A stretch of DNA of 64,000 nt, taken from contig CANRIO010000002.1 in the NCBI GenBank assembly GCA_947630605.1, positions 9 through 64,008 on the forward strand, in the 5' to 3' direction. Within the stretch, counting starts at the first letter, position 1, and each line of letters starts with the position of its first letter. The DNA comes from an uncultured Clostridia bacterium. GTDB taxonomy: Bacteria; Bacillota; Clostridia; Christensenellales; Borkfalkiaceae. A program made the translations under genes and the position numbers. The notes under the pieces are model-generated. The model had not been told where the DNA came from. It did not search any database and saw only the letters and a program-made list of their open reading frames with translations. This document shows positions 45,058-53,288 of the stretch, one piece after another.

Positions 45058-46146
45058 ATGACAAACATCGCCCTCATCGGTTGCACGGGAAGCATCGGGC
45101 GGCAGACGCTCGACATCGTGGAACGCTATCCCGACCTCTTCCGCGTCACCGCCCTCGTCTGCGGCTCGGATGCGGAGGACCTTGCCGCGCTCAAAAAACG
45201 CTTCTCTCCCCGCGTCGCCTATTGCGCAAGCGAGGGGAATTTTTCGCATGAAGAACTCTTCGAAGATTGCGACGTCGCCTTCATCGCGGCGGGGGGCTTC
45301 GCGGGCCTTCGCTATACCATGTCCGCGATCGAGGCGGGAAAACGCGTCCTTCTCGCCAATAAGGAGTCCCTCGTCTGCGGCGGCGAGGTAGTCACGCAGG
45401 CGGCAAAGAAGCGGGGCGTCGGGATCGTTCCCGTCGACAGCGAGCACTCCGCCATCTTTCAGGCGCTCGGCTTCGACCGCCATTCTAAGTTCGATAAGCT
45501 CATCCTCACCGCGAGCGGCGGCCCCTTCCTGCATTTGAAAAAAGAAGAGCTCGCCCGCGTGACGCCCGGGATGGCCCTTTCGCACCCTACGTGGAAGATG
45601 GGCAAAAAGGTCACCGTGGACAGCGCGACCCTCCTCAACAAGGGGTACGAGGTCATCGAGGCGAAGTGGCTCTTCGGCGCGGATTTCGATCAGATCGAGG
45701 CGGTCGTGCATCCCGAGAGCATCGTGCATTCCATCGTCACCTTTGCGGACGGCGCGTCCGTCGCCCAGCTCGGCTTCCCCGACATGAAGCTCCCCATCCA
45801 GCTCGCGCTCACCTATCCAGAAAGGCTCCCCTGCATGCCCGCGCTGGACTTTTCCAAATTGGGCGTACTGCACTTTTTGCCGCTGCCGCGGGAGAAATTT
45901 CCCTGCTTCGACCTCGCCCTCAAGGCGGGAAGGGCGGGCGGAACGGCTCCCACCCTTCTCAACGGGGCGGCGGAGTGCGCGGTCTCCGCTTTTTTGCAGG
46001 GCCACATAACATTTCCACGGATCGCCGAAACTATCGATGAAGTCCTTTGCGGCCTCCCGCAGGGCAAGGCGGACGGTCTTCCCGCCCTCGAAGAGGCGGA
46101 CGGCATGGCACGGAGGGCCGCACGGGCGTTGATCTATGGCAAATAA
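45058..46146 (+). CDS. dxr: 1-deoxy-D-xylulose-5-phosphate reductoisomerase.
   Basis: The ATG at 45058 is preferred over the track's GTG at 45052. Contains IALIGCTGSIGRQTLDIV, LANKESLV and NKGYEVIEA. Confidence 0.95.
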   Translation: MTNIALIGCTGSIGRQTLDIVERYPDLFRVTALVCGSDAEDLAALKKRFSPRVAYCASEGNFSHEELFEDCDVAFIAAGGFAGLRYTMSAIEAGKRVLLANKESLVCGGEVVTQAAKKRGVGIVPVDSEHSAIFQALGFDRHSKFDKLILTASGGPFLHLKKEELARVTPGMALSHPTWKMGKKVTVDSATLLNKGYEVIEAKWLFGADFDQIEAVVHPESIVHSIVTFADGASVAQLGFPDMKLPIQLALTYPERLPCMPALDFSKLGVLHFLPLPREKFPCFDLALKAGRAGGTAPTLLNGAAECAVSAFLQGHITFPRIAETIDEVLCGLPQGKADGLPALEEADGMARRAARALIYGK

Positions 46147-47554
46147 TCTTCTCAGTGTGTGGGGGACGATCGGCTCCGTCCTCCTCGCCATCCTCATCCT
46201 TCTCATCATGATCACCATCCACGAATTCGGGCACTACGTCGTGGGCAAGATCTTAAAATTCAAGATCGACGAATTCTCGATCGGCTTCGGCCCCGCGCTC
46301 TTCAAAAAGAAGCGGAAGAAGTCGGACGAGATCTTCGCCCTCCGCCTCATCCCCCTTGGCGGATATTGCGCTTTTGCGGGGGAAGACGAGCTCGAAGAGG
46401 AGCGGAAAAAGAAGCCGAAAAAGAAGCGTAAGACAAAAGACGATGGCACCATGTCCGAGGATGCCCCCTCCGGTGAGCCTTTTGCAGAGATAAAGGAAGG
46501 GGAGAATGGGACGGAGGAGACCATCCTTCTGACGCCCGCCCCCGAGGAGGCGCAGACGCGCACCGAAGGGGAGGAAGTATCCGAGCCCACCGCAAAGGAA
46601 CCTGCCCCCGAAATTCCCTCGGAAGAGGTGTCGATCTCTTCCGAAATTCCCTCGGAAGGAGCCGAAAATGCCCCCGCCCCGCCTGAAGAGAAGGATACGA
46701 GCGGGCTCTTCACCCATAAGAAGCCGTGGCAGCGCATTCTGGTGCTCCTCGCGGGCGCGTTCATGAACTACCTTTTGGCCCTCTTCCTCATCCTCATTCT
46801 CCTTGCGAGCTACGGCCAGAGCCTCATCAAGGTGGGCGGCGTCGAGGCCGTGGAGGAGGTCCCCGCCGAATATTCTCTTCGGGCGGACGACATCTTGCTC
46901 TCCGTCAACGGAAAGGGCATCTATGTCCCCGCCGACCTCTACTTTGGCCTCAACGGGAAGAAGGAGGGGGATATCGTGAAGTTTTCCCTCTTGCGGAAGC
47001 AGGAGGAAGGCTCCTATCAAAGGCAGACCGTGGAGGTCATGCTCCGAGGCGATGTGAAGGTGAAAAACAGCAGCGACTATCATACCGTCTGGCCCGCCCT
47101 CGGCATCGACGTCGAAGAGCGGGGGGATATCGGCTACTACATGATCGGGACCACCTATCACCGCTTCGGCTTCTTCGAAACCCTCGGCCGCACCTTCATG
47201 TATTCCTTCAAGATCTCGGGGAGCATCTTCCGCGTGGTCGGCGAACTTCTCACGGGCAAGATCGGCATCAAGACGCTCGGCGGCCCCGTGACGACCATTT
47301 CGACCACTTCGCAGGTCGTCGCGGCAAACGGGTTCCGCGGATTTTTGGAGATGGCTGCCTTCATCGGCGTCAACCTTGCCGTTGTCAACCTCATGCCCAT
47401 TCCCGCCCTCGATGGCAGCAAGATCGTGTTCACCATCATCGAATGGATCAGAAAGAAGCCGATCAGCCGCAAGGTGGAGGCCATCATCCACGCCGTCGGC
47501 ATCGTATTCCTCTTCGCCTTCGCCATCGTCGTCGACGTACTGCAATTCGTGTAA
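46136..47554 (+). CDS. rseP: RIP site-2 metalloprotease RseP/RasP with a long low-complexity insertion.
   Basis: 472 aa. Contains HEFGHY, IPLGGYC, a PDZ region and a C-terminal NLMPIPALDG. About 115 aa of charged, Pro-rich insert follow the GED segment. Confidence 0.9.
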   Translation: MANNLLSVWGTIGSVLLAILILLIMITIHEFGHYVVGKILKFKIDEFSIGFGPALFKKKRKKSDEIFALRLIPLGGYCAFAGEDELEEERKKKPKKKRKTKDDGTMSEDAPSGEPFAEIKEGENGTEETILLTPAPEEAQTRTEGEEVSEPTAKEPAPEIPSEEVSISSEIPSEGAENAPAPPEEKDTSGLFTHKKPWQRILVLLAGAFMNYLLALFLILILLASYGQSLIKVGGVEAVEEVPAEYSLRADDILLSVNGKGIYVPADLYFGLNGKKEGDIVKFSLLRKQEEGSYQRQTVEVMLRGDVKVKNSSDYHTVWPALGIDVEERGDIGYYMIGTTYHRFGFFETLGRTFMYSFKISGSIFRVVGELLTGKIGIKTLGGPVTTISTTSQVVAANGFRGFLEMAAFIGVNLAVVNLMPIPALDGSKIVFTIIEWIRKKPISRKVEAIIHAVGIVFLFAFAIVVDVLQFV

Positions 47555-47579
47555 AAATCCTTGTAAAAGCATGATAAAA

Positions 47580-47616
47580 GCCGCCCCGAAGCACACCTTC
47601 GGAGCGGCGTTTTTTT
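47580..47616. terminator. Bidirectional terminator between rseP and the convergent gene.
   Basis: GCCGCCCCGAAG-CACAC-CTTCGGAGCGGC followed by GTTTTTTT, with AAAA on the other side. Confidence 0.75.
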
Positions 47617-47625
47617 GCTTTCGAA

Positions 47626-49119
47626 CTATTCCTCTTCGGACATGGTACCCTCGTCTTCCGTCTCCTCATCGAGCTGAACCCCTTCGCCGAGGGGCTCCAT
47701 GGCGCCCGCTTGCTTTTTCCGTTCATGATAAAGAAGGACCGCATAGACGACGGCGGCGGCAAAGAGCAGGGCGGCGAAGACGAGCATGACGATGGGGGCC
47801 GTATAGGTCATCGTCGGTCTCTGCGTCAACATATAGGTGTCGTCCTCCGGGTAAATGTAGTTGAGGAAGAGTTTCCCGAATACCATATTGGTGGCAAGTG
47901 CCGCGATAGCGCACACGAGGAGGACCCCCGCCACGAAGGGCACGTCGCTTCTTTGGGATCTGTCTTCCTCCGTGAGAAGTTTGCCCCACGAATTGAGGAG
48001 GAGGTAGGCGCAAAGAAGAATGATACCGATGCCGAAGACTTCGGCAAGCATCGCCGTAGTCAGCTGATCTGTCGGTGCGGCGGAGTATTCCGTGCCGATG
48101 AATCGCATCGCGGAGATCGACAGGAGGCTCATGATATTGACGCTGCCCTCGCTCCTCATCCCGATGCTTCCCTTCGCCGCAAAGGCGAGGATGATGACGG
48201 ACAGGATGGAGCAGAGGATGGCGAAGATGCCCTTTATTGCACTCATGCGGTTCATGGCCGACTTCCCCTTGGCGGCAAACTGCAGGCCACAGCCCGCCCC
48301 GAAGAAGATGCCGCCCAAGATGAGACCTGCAAGCGTCGCCCCATTCAAAGATGTGTGGACGGTTCTTTCCGTCCCCGTTACGTCCTGTGCATAGAGGGAG
48401 AGGAGGATGCACGCGCCGCAAAGAAAGACGCCGTATGCCGCCGCAGCGGGCGTGAAGAAGTCGGTGTTTCCCCTTGTCCCACGAACATGGCGCACGAAGC
48501 GAACGATCGCCACCGCCAGACATATGGGGATGGAGACAAAACAGCCCGCGCCGACGAGCGTCCCGAATGCGGCGTTGAAGTAGAGCGAAAAGGCGAGGAT
48601 GCCGGTGTCTCCACTAAAGGCCTTCAAAGCCACGGCGATATCGTCATAGGCGGAGGAGAAGAAATCGTAGACGGAGATGCTCGCCCTGCTCGTTTCACCC
48701 AATTCGACGGTCTTCGACGTGAGGCCGAGGAGGAACATGAAGATGAAGGCGATCGCCGCCGAGGCAAGAAGGACGATCCCTCCCGATAGCGACAGATAGA
48801 AGGAAGCCGATCTCGGAGATGCCGCCCTTTTGGGAGAGGGACTTGCGGCCGCGGTTTCTCTTTGGGCAGGCCGCGGGAAGGCGTCAGGGCTATGGCCGCA
48901 TGCGGGGCAAAAACGCGCCCCCTCGGGCAAGACCTCCCCACAACCGGGGCAGGTGCGCTTTCCGTCTATCCGGCTGCCGCATGCGAGGCAAAACTTCGCC
49001 CGCTCCTCGTTTGCCGTGCTGCAAATGGGACAGACGATCTTGCCGTCGATCCGCTTTCCGCACTCCAGGCAGTAGACCGCATTGTCGGGATTTTCCGTAG
49101 AGCAATATTTGCAAATCAT
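47626..49119 (-). CDS. Zinc-ribbon (triple CxxC pair) N-terminal domain fused to a polytopic membrane protein, hypothetical.
   Basis: The track ORF was trimmed to the ATG at 49119 (GAGGA RBS). MICKYCSTENPDNAVYCLECG...CPICST...CLACG...CPGCG...CPACG is followed by about 10 TM helices. The C-terminal tail is ETEDEGTMSEEE. Confidence 0.75.
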   Translation of the reverse strand: MICKYCSTENPDNAVYCLECGKRIDGKIVCPICSTANEERAKFCLACGSRIDGKRTCPGCGEVLPEGARFCPACGHSPDAFPRPAQRETAAASPSPKRAASPRSASFYLSLSGGIVLLASAAIAFIFMFLLGLTSKTVELGETSRASISVYDFFSSAYDDIAVALKAFSGDTGILAFSLYFNAAFGTLVGAGCFVSIPICLAVAIVRFVRHVRGTRGNTDFFTPAAAAYGVFLCGACILLSLYAQDVTGTERTVHTSLNGATLAGLILGGIFFGAGCGLQFAAKGKSAMNRMSAIKGIFAILCSILSVIILAFAAKGSIGMRSEGSVNIMSLLSISAMRFIGTEYSAAPTDQLTTAMLAEVFGIGIILLCAYLLLNSWGKLLTEEDRSQRSDVPFVAGVLLVCAIAALATNMVFGKLFLNYIYPEDDTYMLTQRPTMTYTAPIVMLVFAALLFAAAVVYAVLLYHERKKQAGAMEPLGEGVQLDEETEDEGTMSEEE

Positions 49120-49226
49120 AGGCCGTCCTCTGTATGTTTTTTTATAGTATATCAAAAAACGGGGGAGAGGGTCAACTGTTTGAAGGGCGGGAGAAAAAAT
49201 TCGTCGAAAAACGTCGCCGCAATTTC

Positions 49227-49273
49227 CGAAAAAAACAAAACCGTCCCTCCCGCGCACCGCGCGGGAGGGACGG
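49227..49273 (-). terminator. Strong terminator after the thiT-like gene.
   Basis: A 14-15 bp stem CCGTCCCTCCCGCGC / CGCGGGAGGGACGG, followed on the minus strand by TTTTGTTTTTTT. Confidence 0.85.
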
Positions 49274-49302
49274 AGAAAATGAGGTAAAAACCATTTATCG
49301 AA

Positions 49303-50514
49303 CTACTTCTCTTCGGACATGGTGCCATCGTTTTCCGTCTCGACCGCCGTTTTCTTCTCGGCAGGGCGGAACTTGCGCACCATCTTCACAATGGCGGGCG
49401 AGGAGAAGACGAGAACGCCGACGGCGACGACGATCGCGATGTCGACGAACACGAAGGAGTTATAGCCGAGGCTGTACGCCCATGCGCCCGCAGGGTCGCC
49501 CGTGAGGTCGGCGAAGGCGAACACGCCCGAGAGGACGTGGGAGACAAAGCGCAGCGCGCTCGCCGCGATCGCACCGAGGGCGAATTGGACCTGCGGGAGT
49601 TTGTCGAGCTTCTTCACATTTGCGAACAGTCCCGCAACGCCGATGCACGCAAATGCGATGGGATAGTCGAGGAGAAACTGCGCGGGGTGGATGAGCCAGG
49701 GGTCCTGCACGGCCTGCAGGATACCGTAGATCATGCCCGCGAAGATGCCCTTCTTCACGCCGAACATATAGGCGTAGATCATGAGGGGAAGCAGGGAGGC
49801 GATGGTGACCGAACCCCCTTGGGGGAGATGGAAGATACGGATGTAGGAGAGGGCGAAGCTCATGGCGATGCACACGGCCGCATAGGAGATGGATTTGGAA
49901 TCGAAGCCCGTGTTGTCCTTGCGCCCGAAGAAGAAGGCGAAGAAGGCGAGCAGGCCGCAGAGGAGGGCGGCGGAGACGTAGAGCAGGGCGTTATCGAGGG
50001 TCGTGATGCCGCTATCCTGCCCCGCGCCGTAGACGCCGAGGCAGACGAGCATGGCGATGAGTGCCGCTCCCGTCACGGAGAGGGAGACGATCTTCCCGAT
50101 GCGGAAGGCCTTTTCCCCGAACAAATAGCAGATATACGAGGCCGCCGCAGAGAGGATGACGCACGCGCCGAGCACGACGGCGGGGTAGAGGACGAGGTCG
50201 TAGATGACGCCCTCCTCGCGCATCTCCATGATCTCGAGGGAGAACATCGTGATGATGACGGCGAGCGCAAAGCCGACGGCAAGCGCGACGGCGACGGTGA
50301 GATAGCGCTTGATGTCATCCCGCTTCTTCCACATGACGAACGCGCCAATGAGGATGAGGAGGGCGACAAACGCCACAAAGCACCACAAAAAGACGGAGGA
50401 GAGCCCGCTCTTTGCAAACGACGTCCAAACGTCGGGATAGAGATAGCTCTCCACATCGCCCTCGGCATTCTGGATGGTGTCCGTATATGCCGCGAGCAGG
50501 GAAACTTGTAACAT
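49303..50514 (-). CDS. thiT: ECF-type thiamine transporter S-component (ThiT) fused to an extra ~190-aa N-terminal membrane domain.
   Basis: The track ORF was trimmed to the ATG at 50514 (AAGGAGG RBS). The C-terminal half matches my recollection of ThiT (LPQGGSV, AQFLLDYPIAFACIGVAGLF, WAYSLGYN). A TPP riboswitch lies upstream. The C-terminal tail is ETENDGTMSEEK. Confidence 0.8.
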   Translation of the reverse strand: MLQVSLLAAYTDTIQNAEGDVESYLYPDVWTSFAKSGLSSVFLWCFVAFVALLILIGAFVMWKKRDDIKRYLTVAVALAVGFALAVIITMFSLEIMEMREEGVIYDLVLYPAVVLGACVILSAAASYICYLFGEKAFRIGKIVSLSVTGAALIAMLVCLGVYGAGQDSGITTLDNALLYVSAALLCGLLAFFAFFFGRKDNTGFDSKSISYAAVCIAMSFALSYIRIFHLPQGGSVTIASLLPLMIYAYMFGVKKGIFAGMIYGILQAVQDPWLIHPAQFLLDYPIAFACIGVAGLFANVKKLDKLPQVQFALGAIAASALRFVSHVLSGVFAFADLTGDPAGAWAYSLGYNSFVFVDIAIVVAVGVLVFSSPAIVKMVRKFRPAEKKTAVETENDGTMSEEK

Positions 50515-50546
50515 AAAAAACCTCCTTTTATCCGCCTTCGGAGCAT

Positions 50547-50668
50547 AAAAAACGCCCGCGAAAATTGCGCAGGCGAAAAAAGTTCCGGATCCCGTTCTTT
50601 CGTGCAAGCATTGCCTTGCCCGATTCCAATGGTATCATCTCAGCCTTTCGGCACCCACGACGGATAAA
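50547..50668 (-). promoter_or_regulatory. TPP (THI-box) riboswitch with an intrinsic terminator as expression platform.
   Basis: The minus-strand RNA reads AUCCGUCGUGGGUGCCGAAAGGCUGAGAUGAUACCAUUGGAAUCGGGCAAGGCAAUGCUUGCACGAAAGAACGGGAU. This matches the THI-box pattern as I recall it from the E. coli thiM leader (GGGUGC..GGCUGAGA..AUACC..stem with AAUG loop..CG.A.GAA), closed by a P1 helix. It is followed by CGCCUGCG-CAAUUUU-CGCGGGCG-UUUUUU (50575..50547). Confidence 0.7.
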
Positions 50669-50758
50669 TCAAATAAAATTGTACCCTCATTATAGGCCGA
50701 CCTTTTGCAAAAGTCAATTGTTTTTTGGGAGATTTTATAGTATAATGTCTCTATACCT

Positions 50759-51340
50759 ATGAAATACGATTTTGCCGCCCTCCGCTTTTGCGAGGATGAA
50801 AACATCAAAGACAGGGTGTATTGGTACCTTTCCGATCTTCCCTTGAAGGAAAACGAGGAGGCCCTCGCCCCCGTCGGCGTCCACGACCGCCTGCAGAAGG
50901 CGCGGGTGGAACGGCTTACCTCCGCCGAAGAGGAGGACGCTCCCTACGATGTGCGCCTCATCAAGCGCGTTGCAGCCAAAATGGGCGCGAGGAAGCTCTC
51001 TGTGGGCGGAGCCTCCTTTGTGGAATTCGGCGGCGTGCGGTACGACGACCGCCATTACACCCGCTTTTCCCGCGTCATCTATTCGGAGGAAAAAGCGGAC
51101 AAAGGGGAGCTTGCCCTCTACGGCTTTCATGCGGTGTTCGAGGCACCCATGTCCGAGGATGACGGTATTTATCGAGAAATTGTACGCGGACATGGTATCG
51201 CCCTTCTCGGCGGAGAGGGGAAGAAGATCATGAATACGCTCTTTGCCCTTTTGCAGGGCAAGAAAGACGCCGCCGACTTTTTGTATTCCCTCGGCCTCTA
51301 CGAAGGTGAACTCGCCTCCCTCCTCGTCCGCTTGGGGTAA
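50759..51340 (+). CDS. Hypothetical cytoplasmic protein (193 aa).
   Basis: A clean ORF with a plausible promoter (TATAGTATAAT region around 50738). I recognise no motif. It contains an inverted pair of the recurrent 9-mer at 51147 and 51187. Confidence 0.6.
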   Translation: MKYDFAALRFCEDENIKDRVYWYLSDLPLKENEEALAPVGVHDRLQKARVERLTSAEEEDAPYDVRLIKRVAAKMGARKLSVGGASFVEFGGVRYDDRHYTRFSRVIYSEEKADKGELALYGFHAVFEAPMSEDDGIYREIVRGHGIALLGGEGKKIMNTLFALLQGKKDAADFLYSLGLYEGELASLLVRLG

Positions 51341-51364
51341 AGATCAAGGCTCCCCAGGTTACGC

Positions 51365-51585
51365 GTCATGCTGCCCCGCCCGCACGTTCTGATCGTTGTC
51401 GAAGGGCGGCACGAGGGGCAAAGCCCCGAAGTAGCTTGTCGAAGCATCCCCTAAAACGTAAGTCCGATACGGTCGCCGCGTTATGCTGCCCCGCCCGCAC
51501 GTTCTGATCGTTGTCGAAGGGCGGCACGAGGGGCAAAGCCCCGAAGTAGCTTGTCGAAGCATCCCCTGATACGAAGTCCAATGGT
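51365..51585. repeat. Repeat cluster R8: two tandem B-type elements.
   Basis: Near-identical copies GT(C/T)ATGCTGCCCCGCCCGCACGTTCTGATCGTTGTCGAAGGGCGGCACGAGGGGCAAAGCCCCGAAGTAG at 51365..51434 and 51480..51549. Each is followed by CTTGTCGAAGCATCCCCT..ACG.AAGTCC. Confidence 0.85.
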
Positions 51586-51657
51586 TGCCCCGCGTCAACC
51601 TTGACAAATATCGGACGCTATCTTATAATAATATAAAATCACAGTACGGAGAAAGAT

Positions 51658-52785
51658 ATGAGAAAGTTTTTCTTGGCGCTCTTTGCCTCCCTTCTTGCGG
51701 CGGGGCTCGCAGTTTCGGTTTCGGCATGCGGCGATGAAAATACCCACGAGCATACATACAACGAACAAAACGACTGCACGGTCTGCGGGGAGCATCTGAA
51801 CTTCACCGAGGGCCTTGAGTTCGAGCTCACGGAGAAAAATACCTACTCTGTCACGGGCATGGGTACCGCAGAAAACGTCACCGAGCTCGTGATTCCCGCT
51901 TACCACGATGGCAAGGCGGTGACGGAAATCGGGCAGTTTGCCTTCTCGGGAAATGCCGAAATCGAGAGCGTCGTCATTCCGAACGGCGTGACCGCGATCG
52001 ATCCTCACGCCTTTTTCGGGTGCAGTGCGCTTGCAAAGATCAGCCTTCCCGAAAGCGTGACCGCGATCGACGACGCGGCATTCGATGGCACCGCTTATTT
52101 CGAGAACAGGCAAAATTGGGATGGCGACGTGTTCTATATCGGGAAAGTGCTCATGAAGGCGAGAGACACCCTCTCGGGCGAGTACAAAATAAAGAAGGGA
52201 ACGCGGGTCATCGCACAGGGCGCGTTTATGGGGGTATATCTCGACAACAAATATTCGGGCTGTCCGAACCTGAAAGCCATCGTCATTCCCGAAAGTTTGG
52301 AGTTTATCGGGCCGAGCGTGTTTTCCTATTGCAATACGCTCGAAAAGGTCATGATCGACGACCTTGCGGCGTGGTGCAAAATAACCTTTGCCGACAATTA
52401 TTCCAACCCGCTCTATTATAGCGCGCACCTGTTTGTCAAAGGGAAAGAGATCACCGACCTTGTGATCCCAAACGGCGTATCGGAGATCAAGGCGCATGCG
52501 TTCGTTGATTGCAACGGGGTGAGAAGCGTGACCATCCCGAGCAGTGTGACCACGATCGGGGAGAGTGCGTTTGAATGGTTCGAAAGCCTCGAAAGTGTGA
52601 CCGTCGGCGCCAATGTGGCCTCGATCGGAGGGCACGCTTTTTACAGATGCGAAAACCTGAAAGACATCCGATACCAGGGCACTTCTGCCGCATGGGAGAA
52701 TATCCAAAAGGGCACCTCCTGGAGCCCCTACACAGGATGCACCGTGATTTGCTCCGACGGAACGCAGGTCATCCCCTCATCCTGA
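51658..52785 (+). CDS. Leucine-rich-repeat (BspA-like) surface lipoprotein.
   Basis: 375 aa. The signal peptide plus lipobox is MRKFFLALFASLLAAGLAVSVSAC. It carries repeated ~23-aa LRR units (IPxxVTxIGxxAFxxCxxLxxV). The gene looks lower in GC. Confidence 0.8.
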   Translation: MRKFFLALFASLLAAGLAVSVSACGDENTHEHTYNEQNDCTVCGEHLNFTEGLEFELTEKNTYSVTGMGTAENVTELVIPAYHDGKAVTEIGQFAFSGNAEIESVVIPNGVTAIDPHAFFGCSALAKISLPESVTAIDDAAFDGTAYFENRQNWDGDVFYIGKVLMKARDTLSGEYKIKKGTRVIAQGAFMGVYLDNKYSGCPNLKAIVIPESLEFIGPSVFSYCNTLEKVMIDDLAAWCKITFADNYSNPLYYSAHLFVKGKEITDLVIPNGVSEIKAHAFVDCNGVRSVTIPSSVTTIGESAFEWFESLESVTVGANVASIGGHAFYRCENLKDIRYQGTSAAWENIQKGTSWSPYTGCTVICSDGTQVIPSS

Positions 52786-52790
52786 CCCGC

Positions 52791-53190
52791 GTCATGCTGA
52801 GCCGATAAAGACATTACGCAGTCCATGTGAGAAATTCTCCGAAGCATCCCCTTATGCGAAGTCCGCGTTTTCATTAAGGGGATTCTTCGGAGAGTTGCTT
52901 CGTCGGAAATCCTTATACATGTTATCGGCTCAGAATGACGCCTACCCCTATCCACTAATCACTAACCACTAATCACTAACCACTAATCACTAACCACTAA
53001 TCACTAACCACTAATCACTTCTTCCTCATCTCGACGCGCCGAAGGCGCGGAGGAGACCCCCTCTCAATACACCTTGTTGGGTTTGTAGGGATTCCCTCGG
53101 CTTCGCCTCGGAATGAGGGCGTGGAGTAAGGCTTTCCCCATCCATGGGGGAAGCTGTCACGCTCTGCGTGACTGATGGGGGTTGAGCTTC
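52791..53190. repeat. Repeat cluster R9 (A palindrome, microsatellite, C element, D hairpin).
   Basis: A complete A-type palindrome spans 52791..52939, with arms GTCATGCTGAGCCGATAA / TTATCGGCTCAGAATGAC and inner arms CCGAAGCATCCCC / GGGGATTCTTCGG. A C-type element lies at 53024..53118 and a D-type hairpin at 53121..53187. Confidence 0.85.
52952..53019. repeat. Tandem heptanucleotide microsatellite (YCACTAA), about 9.7 units.
   Basis: CCACTAATCACTAA is repeated 4.9 times head to tail, embedded between the A and C modules of cluster R9. Confidence 0.9.
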
Positions 53191-53288
53191 CAATCGCCGA
53201 CCTTATTATTATATTCGGACATGACGCTTCTGCTAAGGATCAAAAAAGCCTTCCCCGATGAAAGGGAAGGCTTTATGCATAACATTAT

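Noticed and set aside
43813-46218. An 801-aa ORF on the minus strand.
   Set aside because: It is antisense to uppS, cdsA and dxr, which carry unambiguous family motifs. Its content is Arg/Gly/Glu/Asp-rich, typical of GC-rich antisense frames.
52952-53019. A CRISPR-like array.
   Set aside because: The units are 7/14 nt, directly abutting with no spacers, and there are no cas genes. It is a microsatellite.
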